Positions 51,470-64,000 of a stretch of DNA of 64,000 bases are shown here, piece after piece. The stretch comes from the human T2T-CHM13v2.0 reference genome, Homo sapiens. The translations under genes were made by a program, and so were the position numbers. The stretch is taken from positions 7,776,001-7,840,000 of the forward strand of contig CP068257.2 of the NCBI GenBank assembly GCA_009914755.4, read 5' to 3'. The notes under the pieces were generated by a model, which saw only the letters and a program-made list of their open reading frames with translations, was not told the origin of the DNA and made no database searches. Every line of letters starts with the position of its first letter. Positions within the stretch are counted from its first letter, which is position 1.

Positions 51470-52255
51470 TATTGTTTTTTGTGGTGAAAACAGTTAACAT
51501 CAACTACCTTTTCATTTTTCAGGACTGCAATATATCATAATTAAGTATGGCTGCCGTGCTGCATAGCAGATCTTGTAAAATATATTTCTTCTATCTAATA
51601 ATAATTATGTTTCCTTTGACCAACATCTTTCCATCCTGTCCTCCACCACCGCAGGCTCTGGTAACCACCATTCTCCTCTCTACTTCTAAGAGATAAGCTT
51701 GTTTAGATTCCACATTTAATAAATTCCTGTCTTATTTGTCTCTCTATGTCTGGCTTATTTCACTTAACATAATGTCCTTCAGGTTCATCTATGTTGTCTT
51801 AAATGGCAGAATTTTATTCTGCCATTTATTTTATTATGCCATATATTTGTGGCCAAATAGCATTTCATTATGTTTACATACCATGTTGTCTTATCCATTT
51901 ATTCTTCGATGGGCACTGTGATTGATTCCATATCTTGGCCATTGTCAATAGTGCTGTAATAAACATGGGAGTGTAGCTATCTCTTTAACATACTGATTTT
52001 ATTTCTTTTGGCTATATGCCCAGTGGTGGAATTGCTGGAACATACAGTAGTTCCATTTTAGGTTGAGAAACTTCCATACTTGTTTTTCATAGTGGCTGTA
52101 TTAATTTGTATTCAAACCAACAGTTTATAAGAGTTCCCTTTATTCCACATCCTTGCTAACACTTGTTCTCTTTTGTCATTTCGATTATGGCCATTCTACT
52201 TAAGATAAGGTAATGTCTGGTATTGTTTTGATTTGCATCTCCCTGGAGGTGATAA
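51470..52255 (-). mobile_element. Older L1 fragment (3'UTR + ORF2 C-terminus)
   Basis: ...tggcttatttcacttaacataatgtccttcaggttcatctatgttgtc...gccattgtcaatagtgctgtaataaacatgggagtgtagctatctc...cagtggtggaattgctggaacatacagtagttccatttt...ccattctacttaagataaggtaatgtctggtattgttttgatttgcatctccctgg = reverse complement of the L1 ORF2 3' region. Confidence 0.85.
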
Positions 52256-53349
52256 ACACCAAGACAAAGAAACTGGGAGATACAAGAGGACAGAAATGAC
52301 TCAGTGATAGACAACATGGAGTCTCATCCACAATCGGCACACTCTGATCCTCTAACCAAATGACAAGCCACAGTTCAACTACTCCTTTTAAAGAAAAATG
52401 AGAAAACATATCTCTAAAATCGAGGACAGGCAAGGAGAGTGTCCCCCTTTGGGCACCCCAGCTGGTTTTATGTGTGATAATTATAGCACCTCTTCTTGCA
52501 AACATTTATGTAAAGGGAGGATTTTACTAAGGACGACCAACATCTAAGGTTCCCAAAGTGAAGAACTTTAAATATTCCCAAACTGGTCTTCTCGTATGCT
52601 AAATTAGAGAAGTTAGGTTTCTGCATCAAGGAAAATAAATGAGGGTTGTATTTTAGCTGGCACCTAAAAACATCCAAAAGTAGAAATGATAAACTTATTT
52701 CTTTCCAGAAAGGTAACAACAAAATATTTGAAACTACCTCAGAATTAAAGAAAAGTAGCAAAATCAGCTTCTAAAATCAGGAAGCTGCCAGAAACTGTCT
52801 CTTCTTTTTCTTCTCCTAAACCTCTGCTTTCTAAACTTCCTTGCCTGGATGATTTCATTTTTTTTCTCTTTCTCCTCCCTGTATTCCTTCTTAAACCACA
52901 AAGGGTCCAGAAATAGCTACAGGAGAAGACAAAATAGTAGTCATTTCTTTTAAAACAAAACCCACAGGAAGAGTGGGTTCAAACATAAGATATACACCTT
53001 ACACCAAGTCAGAATTAAGTGCTCTGATGTTTGGATTTCCAGATCTGACTCAAGACACCTTAGGTTTGCCAAGGAATTCCAAGTAATGCTTAAGACCTAT
53101 GATTCAGGGTTTTCAAACCAATATCAGCTAACTGATTTACTAGTCCTCCAAAACAAAGCCAAAGAGTGCTACAAAGTAGTGAATTAGAAACAGCTTTAGC
53201 AGATTTTAACAAACTAAAGTGCAAATGGGAGAGAGAAGTGTAGGGAGTTTTGCAACTGCCTCTGTGGGAATTTACCACAGCTATTCCCCCTAATCCTATA
53301 GACTAGGCAAAATACAACAATGTAATATATACCCCAGCAAAACCATACC

Positions 53350-56300
53350 TGATTATTATATCACATTTATTTTTATTTTTTGTGGGTATACAGTAGTTGT
53401 GTGTATAAATGGGGTATATGAGATACTTTGATACAGGCATGCAACATGTAACAATCACAGCATGGTAAATGGGGTACCCATCTCCTCAAGCATTTACTCT
53501 GTATTACAAAAATTGAATTATATGATTTCAGTTATTTTAAAAGGTACAACTAAATTATTATTGATTATAATAATTGTCAATTATTGACAATTGCAGTGTT
53601 GTGGTATCAAGTACTACTGTTGTGCTACCAGTACAAACTGTGTTATCAGTACAAATACTACTGTTGTGCTATCAGCACAAATACCCTGTTGTGCAATCAA
53701 ATAGTACCTCTACCTCTTATTCATTCTTTTTAACTATTTCTTGTACCCATTAGCCATCCTCACTTCCCTCCATGGCCCTACCAAACTGCCCCCCTACTAT
53801 GCTTCTCAGCCTCTGGTAACCATCCTTCTACTCTCTATCTCCGTTGAATTCAACTCAATGGGATCCTTAGCGCCCATAAATAAATGAGAATATGCAAAGT
53901 TTGTCTTTCTGTGCCTGGCTTATTTCATTTAACATAATAACCCTCATCCATGTTGTTAAAAATGACAGAATCTCATTCTTTTTTTCTGGCTCCACTGTGT
54001 ATACATACTACATTTTCTTTATCCATTCATCTGTTGATTGACACTTACGTTGCTTCCAAATCTTGGCTATTTTCAACAATGCTGCAACAAACATGGGAAT
54101 GTAGACATCTCTTCAACATACTGAGTTCCTTTCTTGTGAGTATATACTTAGCAGTGAAATTGCTGGATTATATGGAAGCTCTAGTTTAGTTTTATGAGGA
54201 ACCTCCAAGCTGTTTTCCATAGTGGTTGTACTAATTTACATTTCCACCAACAGTGTACCAGGCTTCCCATTTCTCCACATTCTCACTAGCATTTGCTGTT
54301 GCCTGACTTTTGGACAAAATTCATTTTAACTGGGATAAGATGATATCTCATTGTAGTTTTGATTTGCATGTTTCTGATAATATAACTGCTTGCAATTCAT
54401 ATGCCTTCTTTTAAGAAATGTTTATTGAAATATTTTGCCCATTTTAAAGATCAGATTACTAGATTTTTTTCCTATACAGTAGTTTGAGCTGCTTATCTGT
54501 TCTAGTTATTAATCTTTTGTCAGGTGAATAGTTTGCAAATATGTTCTCCTATTCTGTGGGTTGTCTCCTCACTTTATTGATCATTTCCTTTGACATGCAG
54601 AAGATTTTTAACTTGATGTAACTTCATTTGTCCATATTTGCTTTGGTTGCCTGTGCTTGTGGGGTATTACTCAAGACATTTTTGCCAAGACCTGGAGAGA
54701 CTTTCCCCAATGTTTTCTTGCAGTAGTTTTTTAATTCGAGGTCTTAGATTTAAGTATTTAATCCATTTTGATTCGACTTTTGTATATGGCAAGAGTTGGG
54801 GTTATAATTTCATTCTTTTGCATGTAGATATCCAGTTTCCAAGCATGATTTATTGAAGAGATTGTCTTTTCCCTAATTTAAGTTCTTGGCACCTTTGTTG
54901 AAAATGAGTTCAGTGAAAATGTATAAAATTTTTTTCTGGGTTATCTGTTCAATTCCATTGGTTTATGTGTCTATTTTTATGCCAGTACCAGGCTGCTACA
55001 GTTACTATAGCTTTGTAATATAATTTGAAGTCAGTTAATGTGATTCCTGCATTTAATCTGTGAATTGCTTTGGGTAATATAGACATTTTAATATACTAAC
55101 ACTATCAATCCATGAACATGGAATATCTTTCAATTTTTGTGTCTTCAATTTATCTTATGATTGTGTTATAGTTTTTGTTGTAGAAATCCTTTACTTCTTT
55201 GGTTGATTTCTATGTATTTAGTTCTATTTGTGGCTATGATAAATGGTATTTCTTTTTAAATTCTTTTTCAGATTGTTCACTCTTGGCATATAGAAATGTT
55301 ACTGATTCCTGCCGGGCGCGGTGGCTCACGCCTGTATTCCCAGGACTTTGGGAAGGTGAGGTGGGCACATCACGAGGTCAGGAGATCGAGACCATACTGG
55401 CTAACACGATGAAACCCCGTCTCTACTAAAAATACAAAAAAAAGTTAGCCAGGCGTGATGGTGGGTGCCTGTAGCCCCAGCTCCTCGGGAGGCTGAGGCA
55501 GGAGAATGGTGTGAACCCAGGAGGCAGACTTGCAGTGAGCCAAGATTGCACCACTGCACTCCAGCCTGGGTGACAAAGTGAGACTCTGTCTCAAAAAAAA
55601 AAAAAAAAAGATACTGATTTTTATATATTGATTTGTATCCTGAAACTCTACTGAATTTATCAGTTCTAGTAGTTTTTGTGGAGTCTTCAGGTTTTTTACA
55701 AATATAAGATTATATCATCTGCAAAACAAAGATAATTTGTCTTCTTCCCTTTAGATGCCCTTTATTTCTCTCTCTTGTCTGATTGCTTTTGCTAGGACTT
55801 CCAGTACTATGGAGAATAACAGTGGTGAAAGTGGGCATCCTGGTCATGTTCCAGATCTTAGAGAAGGGGATTTCAGTGTTTCCCTTGTCAGTATGATACT
55901 AGCTGTGGGTATGTCATATATGGCTTTCATTATGTTAATAATGTTCTTTCTCTACCCAGGTTTCTGAGGGTTTTTAATCATGATGGGATGTTGAATTTTA
56001 TCAAATGCTTTTTTAAAATGTCTTAATTTAAATGATTATATAATCTTTTCCTTCATTTTGGTGATGTGATGTATCATTTGGATTGATTTGCAACCATTCT
56101 TGCATCCTTGTGATAAATCACACATGATCATGAAGAATGATATTTTTAATGTATTGTTTAAAGGTTTGCTAGCATTTTGTTGAGGATTTTTGCATCAATA
56201 TTAATTGGAGATATTGTAGTTTTCTTTTTTTAAAGTGTCTTTGATTTTGGTATAAAGGTAATTCTGGTGTTATAGAATGAGTTTGGAAGTATTCCCCATC

Positions 56301-56560
56301 TGTATTTTGTGGAATAGTTTCAGTAGGATTGGTGTTAGTTCTTTAAATATTTGTTAGAATTCAGTAGTGAAGCCATAGAATATTGGGGCTTTTCTTTTCT
56401 GGGAGACTTTTTATTACAGCTTTGTTCTCATTATTTGTTATTGGTCTGTTCATGTTTTGTATTTCTTTGTGTTTCAATTTTGGTGTGTTTCTTGGCCCTA
56501 GTCTGGTCCACTCAGACCTGCTCCATGCTCACCATCAGGCAGCTGGTGGTCCTTTTTGAG
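53350..56560 (-). mobile_element. Older L1 (L1PB/L1MA-like), 5'-truncated, 3'UTR through ORF2 into the inter-ORF region; interrupted by an Alu at 55310-55609
   Basis: Same L1 3' region motifs as above (53700-54400), continuing through ORF2 rc sequence (...ccttgtgataaatcacacatgatcatg...gcattttgttgaggatttttgcatcaatattaattggagatattg... = rc of the L1 RT/EN region) to 56560. Confidence 0.85.
55310..55609 (+). mobile_element. Alu SINE (CpG-rich) nested in the L1, TSD tactgatt
   Basis: gccgggcgcggtggctcacgcctgtattcccaggactttgggaaggtgaggtgggcacatcacgaggtcaggagatcgagaccat ... ctcaaaaaaaaaaaaaaaaa; tactgatt before (55301-55308) and after (55612-55619). Confidence 0.9.
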
Positions 56561-57125
56561 GAGTGAGTGCAGCAGGGACCAGTGGTTGGGCTGAAGCCCC
56601 TTCACCTCATGCGGACTCTCCAATACTCATTGAACTTCATGGTGAGGGACAGAGGACCCACCCTGGCTCTCAGCGGGAGAGCAGTGAATTCTTGTTCAAG
56701 GAAGCCCCTGGGGCAGCCGCAGGAGGCAGCCCTTGGGAAAAAGCGCCCAAGGCCCCCCTCAACCGGCCATCCTGCCTCCTCTGCAGGACCTTCTCTTCCC
56801 CTCTTTCCCTCCCTCCTGAGGTGAAAAGGAGGGGAGGAGACCACAGAGCCCTCTGTGTCAGGGAAACCTGGCCCTTCCTTTTGAGCGTTCAGGGGACTCG
56901 CATGGGCCTTGCCCCTTCTCCAGGACCTGGAAGCTTCTCTCCCTGAAGAGCCCTGAGTTCCAGTCTCAAGTGTCTCATTCCCCATTGCCTCCTGCTTCTC
57001 CTTTCATCCCCCCCACCACCACCTGGGGCTCACACTCCCTGCCTTTGGGCTTCAAATGTTGTACTACGTGCTTGACCCACTAGCCTGCTTAATCTTCAAA
57101 ATCACTCTATCAAAAAGACATTTTA

Positions 57126-57428
<303 letters not shown>

Positions 57429-58596
57429 TTAAAAAGCGAAATTGCCAAAATCATTCATTTAACCAATAAGATGAGCACCTACCTATCAGGGACAATAAAA
57501 GTTTAAAGGTGCCAACAATTATGAAGGCAGTATTGAATTTACTTGAAATATGAAGAACACCACATTGGGTGAATTTAGATAGGAAGGCCAAGGAGATATT
57601 CCTAGGAATATCATTATATATGGAAAACACTGAAAAAAGACACTGCAGTGTTTGAGAAAATAATGGCCATAGAAAGAGATTTCATGGACCTTCCAGCTTA
57701 TGAAAAAATCAACTGAAATTGCTCGACATTAGGTTAGAACATTAAAAAGGAAAATAAGCCATTATAGAAGGAGAGAATTGGAATAGGGGACAGGAATGAC
57801 CCATTTCCCAGTCTCTGCCTAGAACAGGGCTGGGGAAAAATCTGTGGTCATCACATTCACCATTGCATAAACACATATTCTTTCTATATGTCAGCAAGGA
57901 GCAAGTGCTACCAAGACAAGGCAAGGAAAAGGAATAGAGAATATTGCTGGGTGCTTTTCTGTAGGGTGATCAGGAAAGGCCTCACTGAAAAAGAGACATT
58001 AGAGCAGAGCAAGTGACAGAGAGAGAGTCATAGAGAGATCTGTGGGAAGAGCATTCCACGTGAGGGCAACAGACACTGCAAAGGCCCTGAGGCAGGGAGT
58101 GCTTGGCATGTCTGAGGAGCCAGAAAAAGGCCAGTGGGGCTGGAATGGAGTGAGTGAGAAGTAATAGGTGCAGAACACACATGGCCTTAGAGATCATGGC
58201 TCTAGGCGTTTTGTTTTATTTTCCAATTTTTAAAATTGTGTTAAAATACACATAACATAAGCGTCTGGGATCCCGCAGGATGCTGGCCCCAAACAGGCCA
58301 ATTTGTCCTGTCTCTGTGGGATTTGTTGGTTCTAGAAGATCAGATTTGGTCTGGGTCACCCAAATCTGTCTGTACCCCAACCTCCACTGTCTGCTCTTAC
58401 CTCCCTAGGTGTTGGCTCAGGTACTGGGCAAACTTTACCAGGAATATATACATTGTGTGGAATTTCTTAGCTTCCATTTCAACAAAGTTGAAACTTCGGG
58501 GAAATGATTTGCCAAGGGTTACAACTTGGGGAAAATGATGATAGTTTGCTTTACAAATTGCTCTAGTTAACCAATAAAAGTATGGCATGCCTACCC

Positions 58597-59195
58597 AGGT
58601 ACAGTGGAATTCGAGGTAAACAGCAGAACAGATGCATGCTCAGGTACATTTGAGTTGGAGATAAACAGCAAAACAGATGCGTGCTCAGGTACACTTGAAT
58701 TCGAGGTGAACAGCAGTATGCATACGTGCCCAGCTACACTTGAATTCGAGATAAACAGCAGAAAAGATGCGTGCCCATGTACACTTGAATTTGAGATAAA
58801 CAGCAGTATGGATGCATGCTCAGGTACACTTGAATTCAAGGTGAACGGCAGCACGATGTGTGCCCAGCTACACTTGAGTTCGAGGTAAACATCAGCACGA
58901 TGCATGCCCAGATACACTTGAATTCGAGATAAACAGCAGAACAGATGCGTGCTCAGGTACACTTGATTTCAAGGTGAACAGCAGCACGAGGCATGCCCAG
59001 ATAACACTTGAATTCGAGATAAACAGGAGAACAGATGTGTGCTCAGCTACACTTGAATTCGAGGTGAACAGCAGTATGCATGCATGCCCAGATACACTTG
59101 AATTCAAAGTAAACAGCAGCCCAGGTACGCTTGAATTCAAGGTTAACAGCTGTATGCATGTGTGCCCAGCTACACTTGAATTTGAGATCAACAGC
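58597..59195. repeat. 45-bp minisatellite, ~14 copies (unit approx. gtacacttgaattcgagataaacagcagaacagatgcgtgctcag)
   Basis: Direct reading: units at 58597, 58642, 58687, 58732, 58777 ... alternate 'gaggtgaacagcagtatgcat.cgtgcccag' and 'gagataaacagcagaacagatgcgtgctcag' variants; ORFs 58604-58888 / 58974-59393 (TLEFEINS...) are the repeat in phase. Confidence 0.9.
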
Positions 59196-59971
59196 AATAT
59201 TGAATTTTCTACCAAAAATGCATATGCTCTGTCTCTGAATAAATGTGCAAGAAATGAAAGTTCTACATGCCCAACAACTCTTTGCTTCCATTTCCTTACG
59301 GTCATGAAGCCACACCTGCCTGGAGCTACTAATCTATTTCCTGAGCATCAGAACCCTCTTGCTCATTTGGGGAATCCATCTCCCTGCAGTTGACCTGTGG
59401 ACCTCCAGCATCCCTGGGCAGCCTGAGGACCCTAAACCCTGTAGTTCAGTTTATGACACGCAGGCTTGGAGGAATTTCCCTCCATAAGGCTGCTGTGAAC
59501 TCCCACGCCAGGAGAAATTAAAATTTGTAATACAGCGGAGATCTCTGAATGAGCTTTTCTCCCTGATACATGTCAGCGAACTCAGTGTGTCTTTGGAAAT
59601 CCGGAAACCTCCTTTTCTCAGTTCAGGCTGCCTGCATCATGCTGGTTTGCTTCCTGCAACAAAACAGATCATCCAGACACCTCTCTGTTTTCCTTCGGAT
59701 ATTCCCCACACTACCACGCCATTCGTGGGCAGGACCTCAGTGCCTGAGGTCAGAATAGAGACACCTCTGACATCCCATGGCTGTACCCACAAATAACCCT
59801 TCCTCGGCAGTCGCTGAAGCCACACCTCTACACAGCTGTCTGTTGTCTTACAGTGGCATAAGCATAAAACAGATTTTTTTTTGACATGTATTATAGCACC
59901 TGCTGGCTTTATTTCCCTCCCTTATACCATAATATTGCTTGTTGATTTGTATCAACGGATTTGCATCTTCT

Positions 59972-60005
59972 GCCCGCCACACACACACACACACACACAC
60001 AGACA
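59972..60005. repeat. (CA)n microsatellite
   Basis: ccacacacacacacacacacacacagacaca. Confidence 0.9.
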
Positions 60006-60034
60006 CATCCACCCCACTCCCCCCACTAGTGACT

Positions 60035-60066
60035 AGGTACACTTGAATTCGAAGTAAATAGCACAC
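60035..60066. repeat. Orphan single unit of the 45-bp minisatellite
   Basis: ggtacacttgaattcgaagtaaatagcacacac matches the unit start at 58597-59195. Confidence 0.7.
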
Positions 60067-61289
60067 ACAAGAGATATGTCCAGCACGTGATTCTCACAGG
60101 CCTGATTTCACAGCGGTGCTGGAGGCAAACCTCGCAGCCTCTAGCCTGTGCAGACCGCATCATGACAAATTGTATAAATATGTGCAAATTGTCCAGATGA
60201 TGTCATGTGTGCCCCAGCCTGCTCTCCAAGTGGGCAGAACGCTTCAGGGAAGGTCAGGGCAGGCCTTGCTCTGAATTCAATTGAGGTAATTGCATTCAAT
60301 TTGCTTAAATGTATCACAGAGAAAAGCCCTGTCTGTTGATCTCAATCGTATTAAGAAGTTTATTTTCCGCCAGGGCCGGACTCCACGGCCTCACGGAGAG
60401 GAAGCCTTCTCTCGGTTATGTCCTTCTTTCTCCTGCTTGATTCCAGGTCCTGGGGGCAGCCCTGGGAATGCCAGAGAGGGCCCCCCGCCCCCGCCACAAG
60501 AAATACCTTATGGCTCTCTCCCTAGCCACCTGCAGGGCTCGGAATGGCCGCAAATAAGCATGAGGATTTCTGTGCTTAGGGAATAGTTTGTCAGCTCTTT
60601 GCAGGTGTGATTTGACGATGCCAGTGAGTGAACAGAGCCTGAGGTTTCACCCCAAAAGATCGTTCTGTGGTTTGCCTACCATGATTCAACAGCCCAGGAT
60701 CTGCTCGGGCACAGACAACCTGAAGTGTAAAGAGGCTCCTGAGAGCCGGGTCCCAGCTCGGCCCCAGACACCCCCTCTGCACCGACCCCACGAGCCCCCA
60801 AAAGTCATCTCTACCAGAGGTTCTCCTCATTTCTGAGAAGAGGGAAGCAGGGCCCATGCGTTTTGAGGTTGCCTCTGGCTCCAACGCGGTGACACGCAAT
60901 GCCAGCCTCATGAGGGTGAGAGTCCTCTGAATGGCCCACGCTCTCTTGTGACAATGACACTTGTCTGTGAAGGAGAAGGCCAAGCTGACTCACACGCTGA
61001 GTGCCCCAAGGATGAAGGGGGTCCCCGGAGTGGGCACCGCACCTCCCTCTTTGCAGACAAGGAGGGGGCGGCTCTGAGACCCACAGGGATGTACCAGAGA
61101 GTGCGTGTTAGGCAGAACCGAACATCCCCAGGAAGGGAGGGAAAAGCAGGTGGCTGATATCTGCAGGGTCCTCTTGTACCTGAAACTCCAAAACTTTACA
61201 CTATTTTCAGAATAACAGCAGCAGCAGATACAAAAGAACTCATGAGGGTTATGTCTTATAAAATAACAGAAAATATCTTAGGCAGACTG

Positions 61290-63842
<2,553 letters not shown>

Positions 63843-63856
63843 TCTGTCTATATACC

Positions 63857-63895
63857 TTTCTCTCTCTCTCTCTCCACACACACACGCACACACAT
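63857..63895. repeat. Compound (CT)n(CA)n microsatellite
   Basis: ctctctctctctctccacacacacgcacacaca. Confidence 0.85.
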
Positions 63896-64000
63896 AATTG
63901 TTTTTGTAAGCATCTGGAGAATACGTCTAATCATCTAATCTCCCATTTCAATTTGAGATCCATTACTTCCACAGTCAACACTATCCAATTAGCAATAGCC

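Noticed and set aside
58604-59393. ORFs encoding TLEFEINS...-type repeats (58604-58888, 58974-59393) and the minus-strand counterparts
   Set aside because: They are translations of the 45-bp minisatellite in phase and exist in both orientations.

Overview
This window reads as catarrhine primate (most likely human) genomic DNA. It is extremely repeat-dense and contains no intact protein-coding gene. I see no prokaryotic, CRISPR or other defence-system-like content. The dominant signal is repeat architecture. If anything here is poorly described, it is that architecture rather than a new gene system.

Features, in order:
- 1-1430: a 41-42-bp AT-rich minisatellite of about 34 copies, with the window starting inside the array.
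- 1431-18712: a macrosatellite-like tandem array of 8 units, each 1.9-2.9 kb. Each unit holds a hypervariable TA-rich block, one minus-orientation Alu and a ~565-bp non-Alu segment. Units 1-5 are near-identical; units 6-8 are about 10% diverged.
- 18.8-20.3 kb: an older L1 3' fragment followed by an Alu.
- 22950-24008: a 5'-truncated, frameshifted EIF3F processed pseudogene with a poly-A tail.
- About 25.5-29.3 kb: a Tigger1-derived MITE, then a TIR-bearing DNA transposon carrying a nested Alu, itself sitting inside an older repeat, plus several further Alus.
- 29.7-34.7 kb: a cluster of ancient L1M fragments, all on the plus strand.
- 34650-36270: a ~1.6-kb CpG island with no recognisable ORF, flanked by L1M-derived sequence.
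- 41975-48153: a near-full-length but ORF-dead L1PA (6.18 kb) on the minus strand, inserted into an older plus-strand L1. That older L1 also carries a ~100-bp nested L1 3'-end insertion with a TSD.
- 49700-50961: a vomeronasal type-1 receptor (VN1R) pseudogene split by a young Alu with a perfect 13-bp TSD and carrying a frameshift.
- 51.5-56.6 kb: two older minus-strand L1 fragments, one with a nested Alu.
- 58597-59195: a 45-bp minisatellite with an orphan unit about 0.8 kb downstream.
- 59972-60005: a (CA)n microsatellite.
- 61290-63530: a ~285-bp higher-order tandem repeat built on degenerate TATC/CATC motifs.
- 63544-63842: a terminal Alu.

Every ORF of 60 aa or more in the six-frame track falls into one of these classes: repeat-in-phase artefacts, GC-rich CpG-island noise, transposon remnants, or the two pseudogenes.
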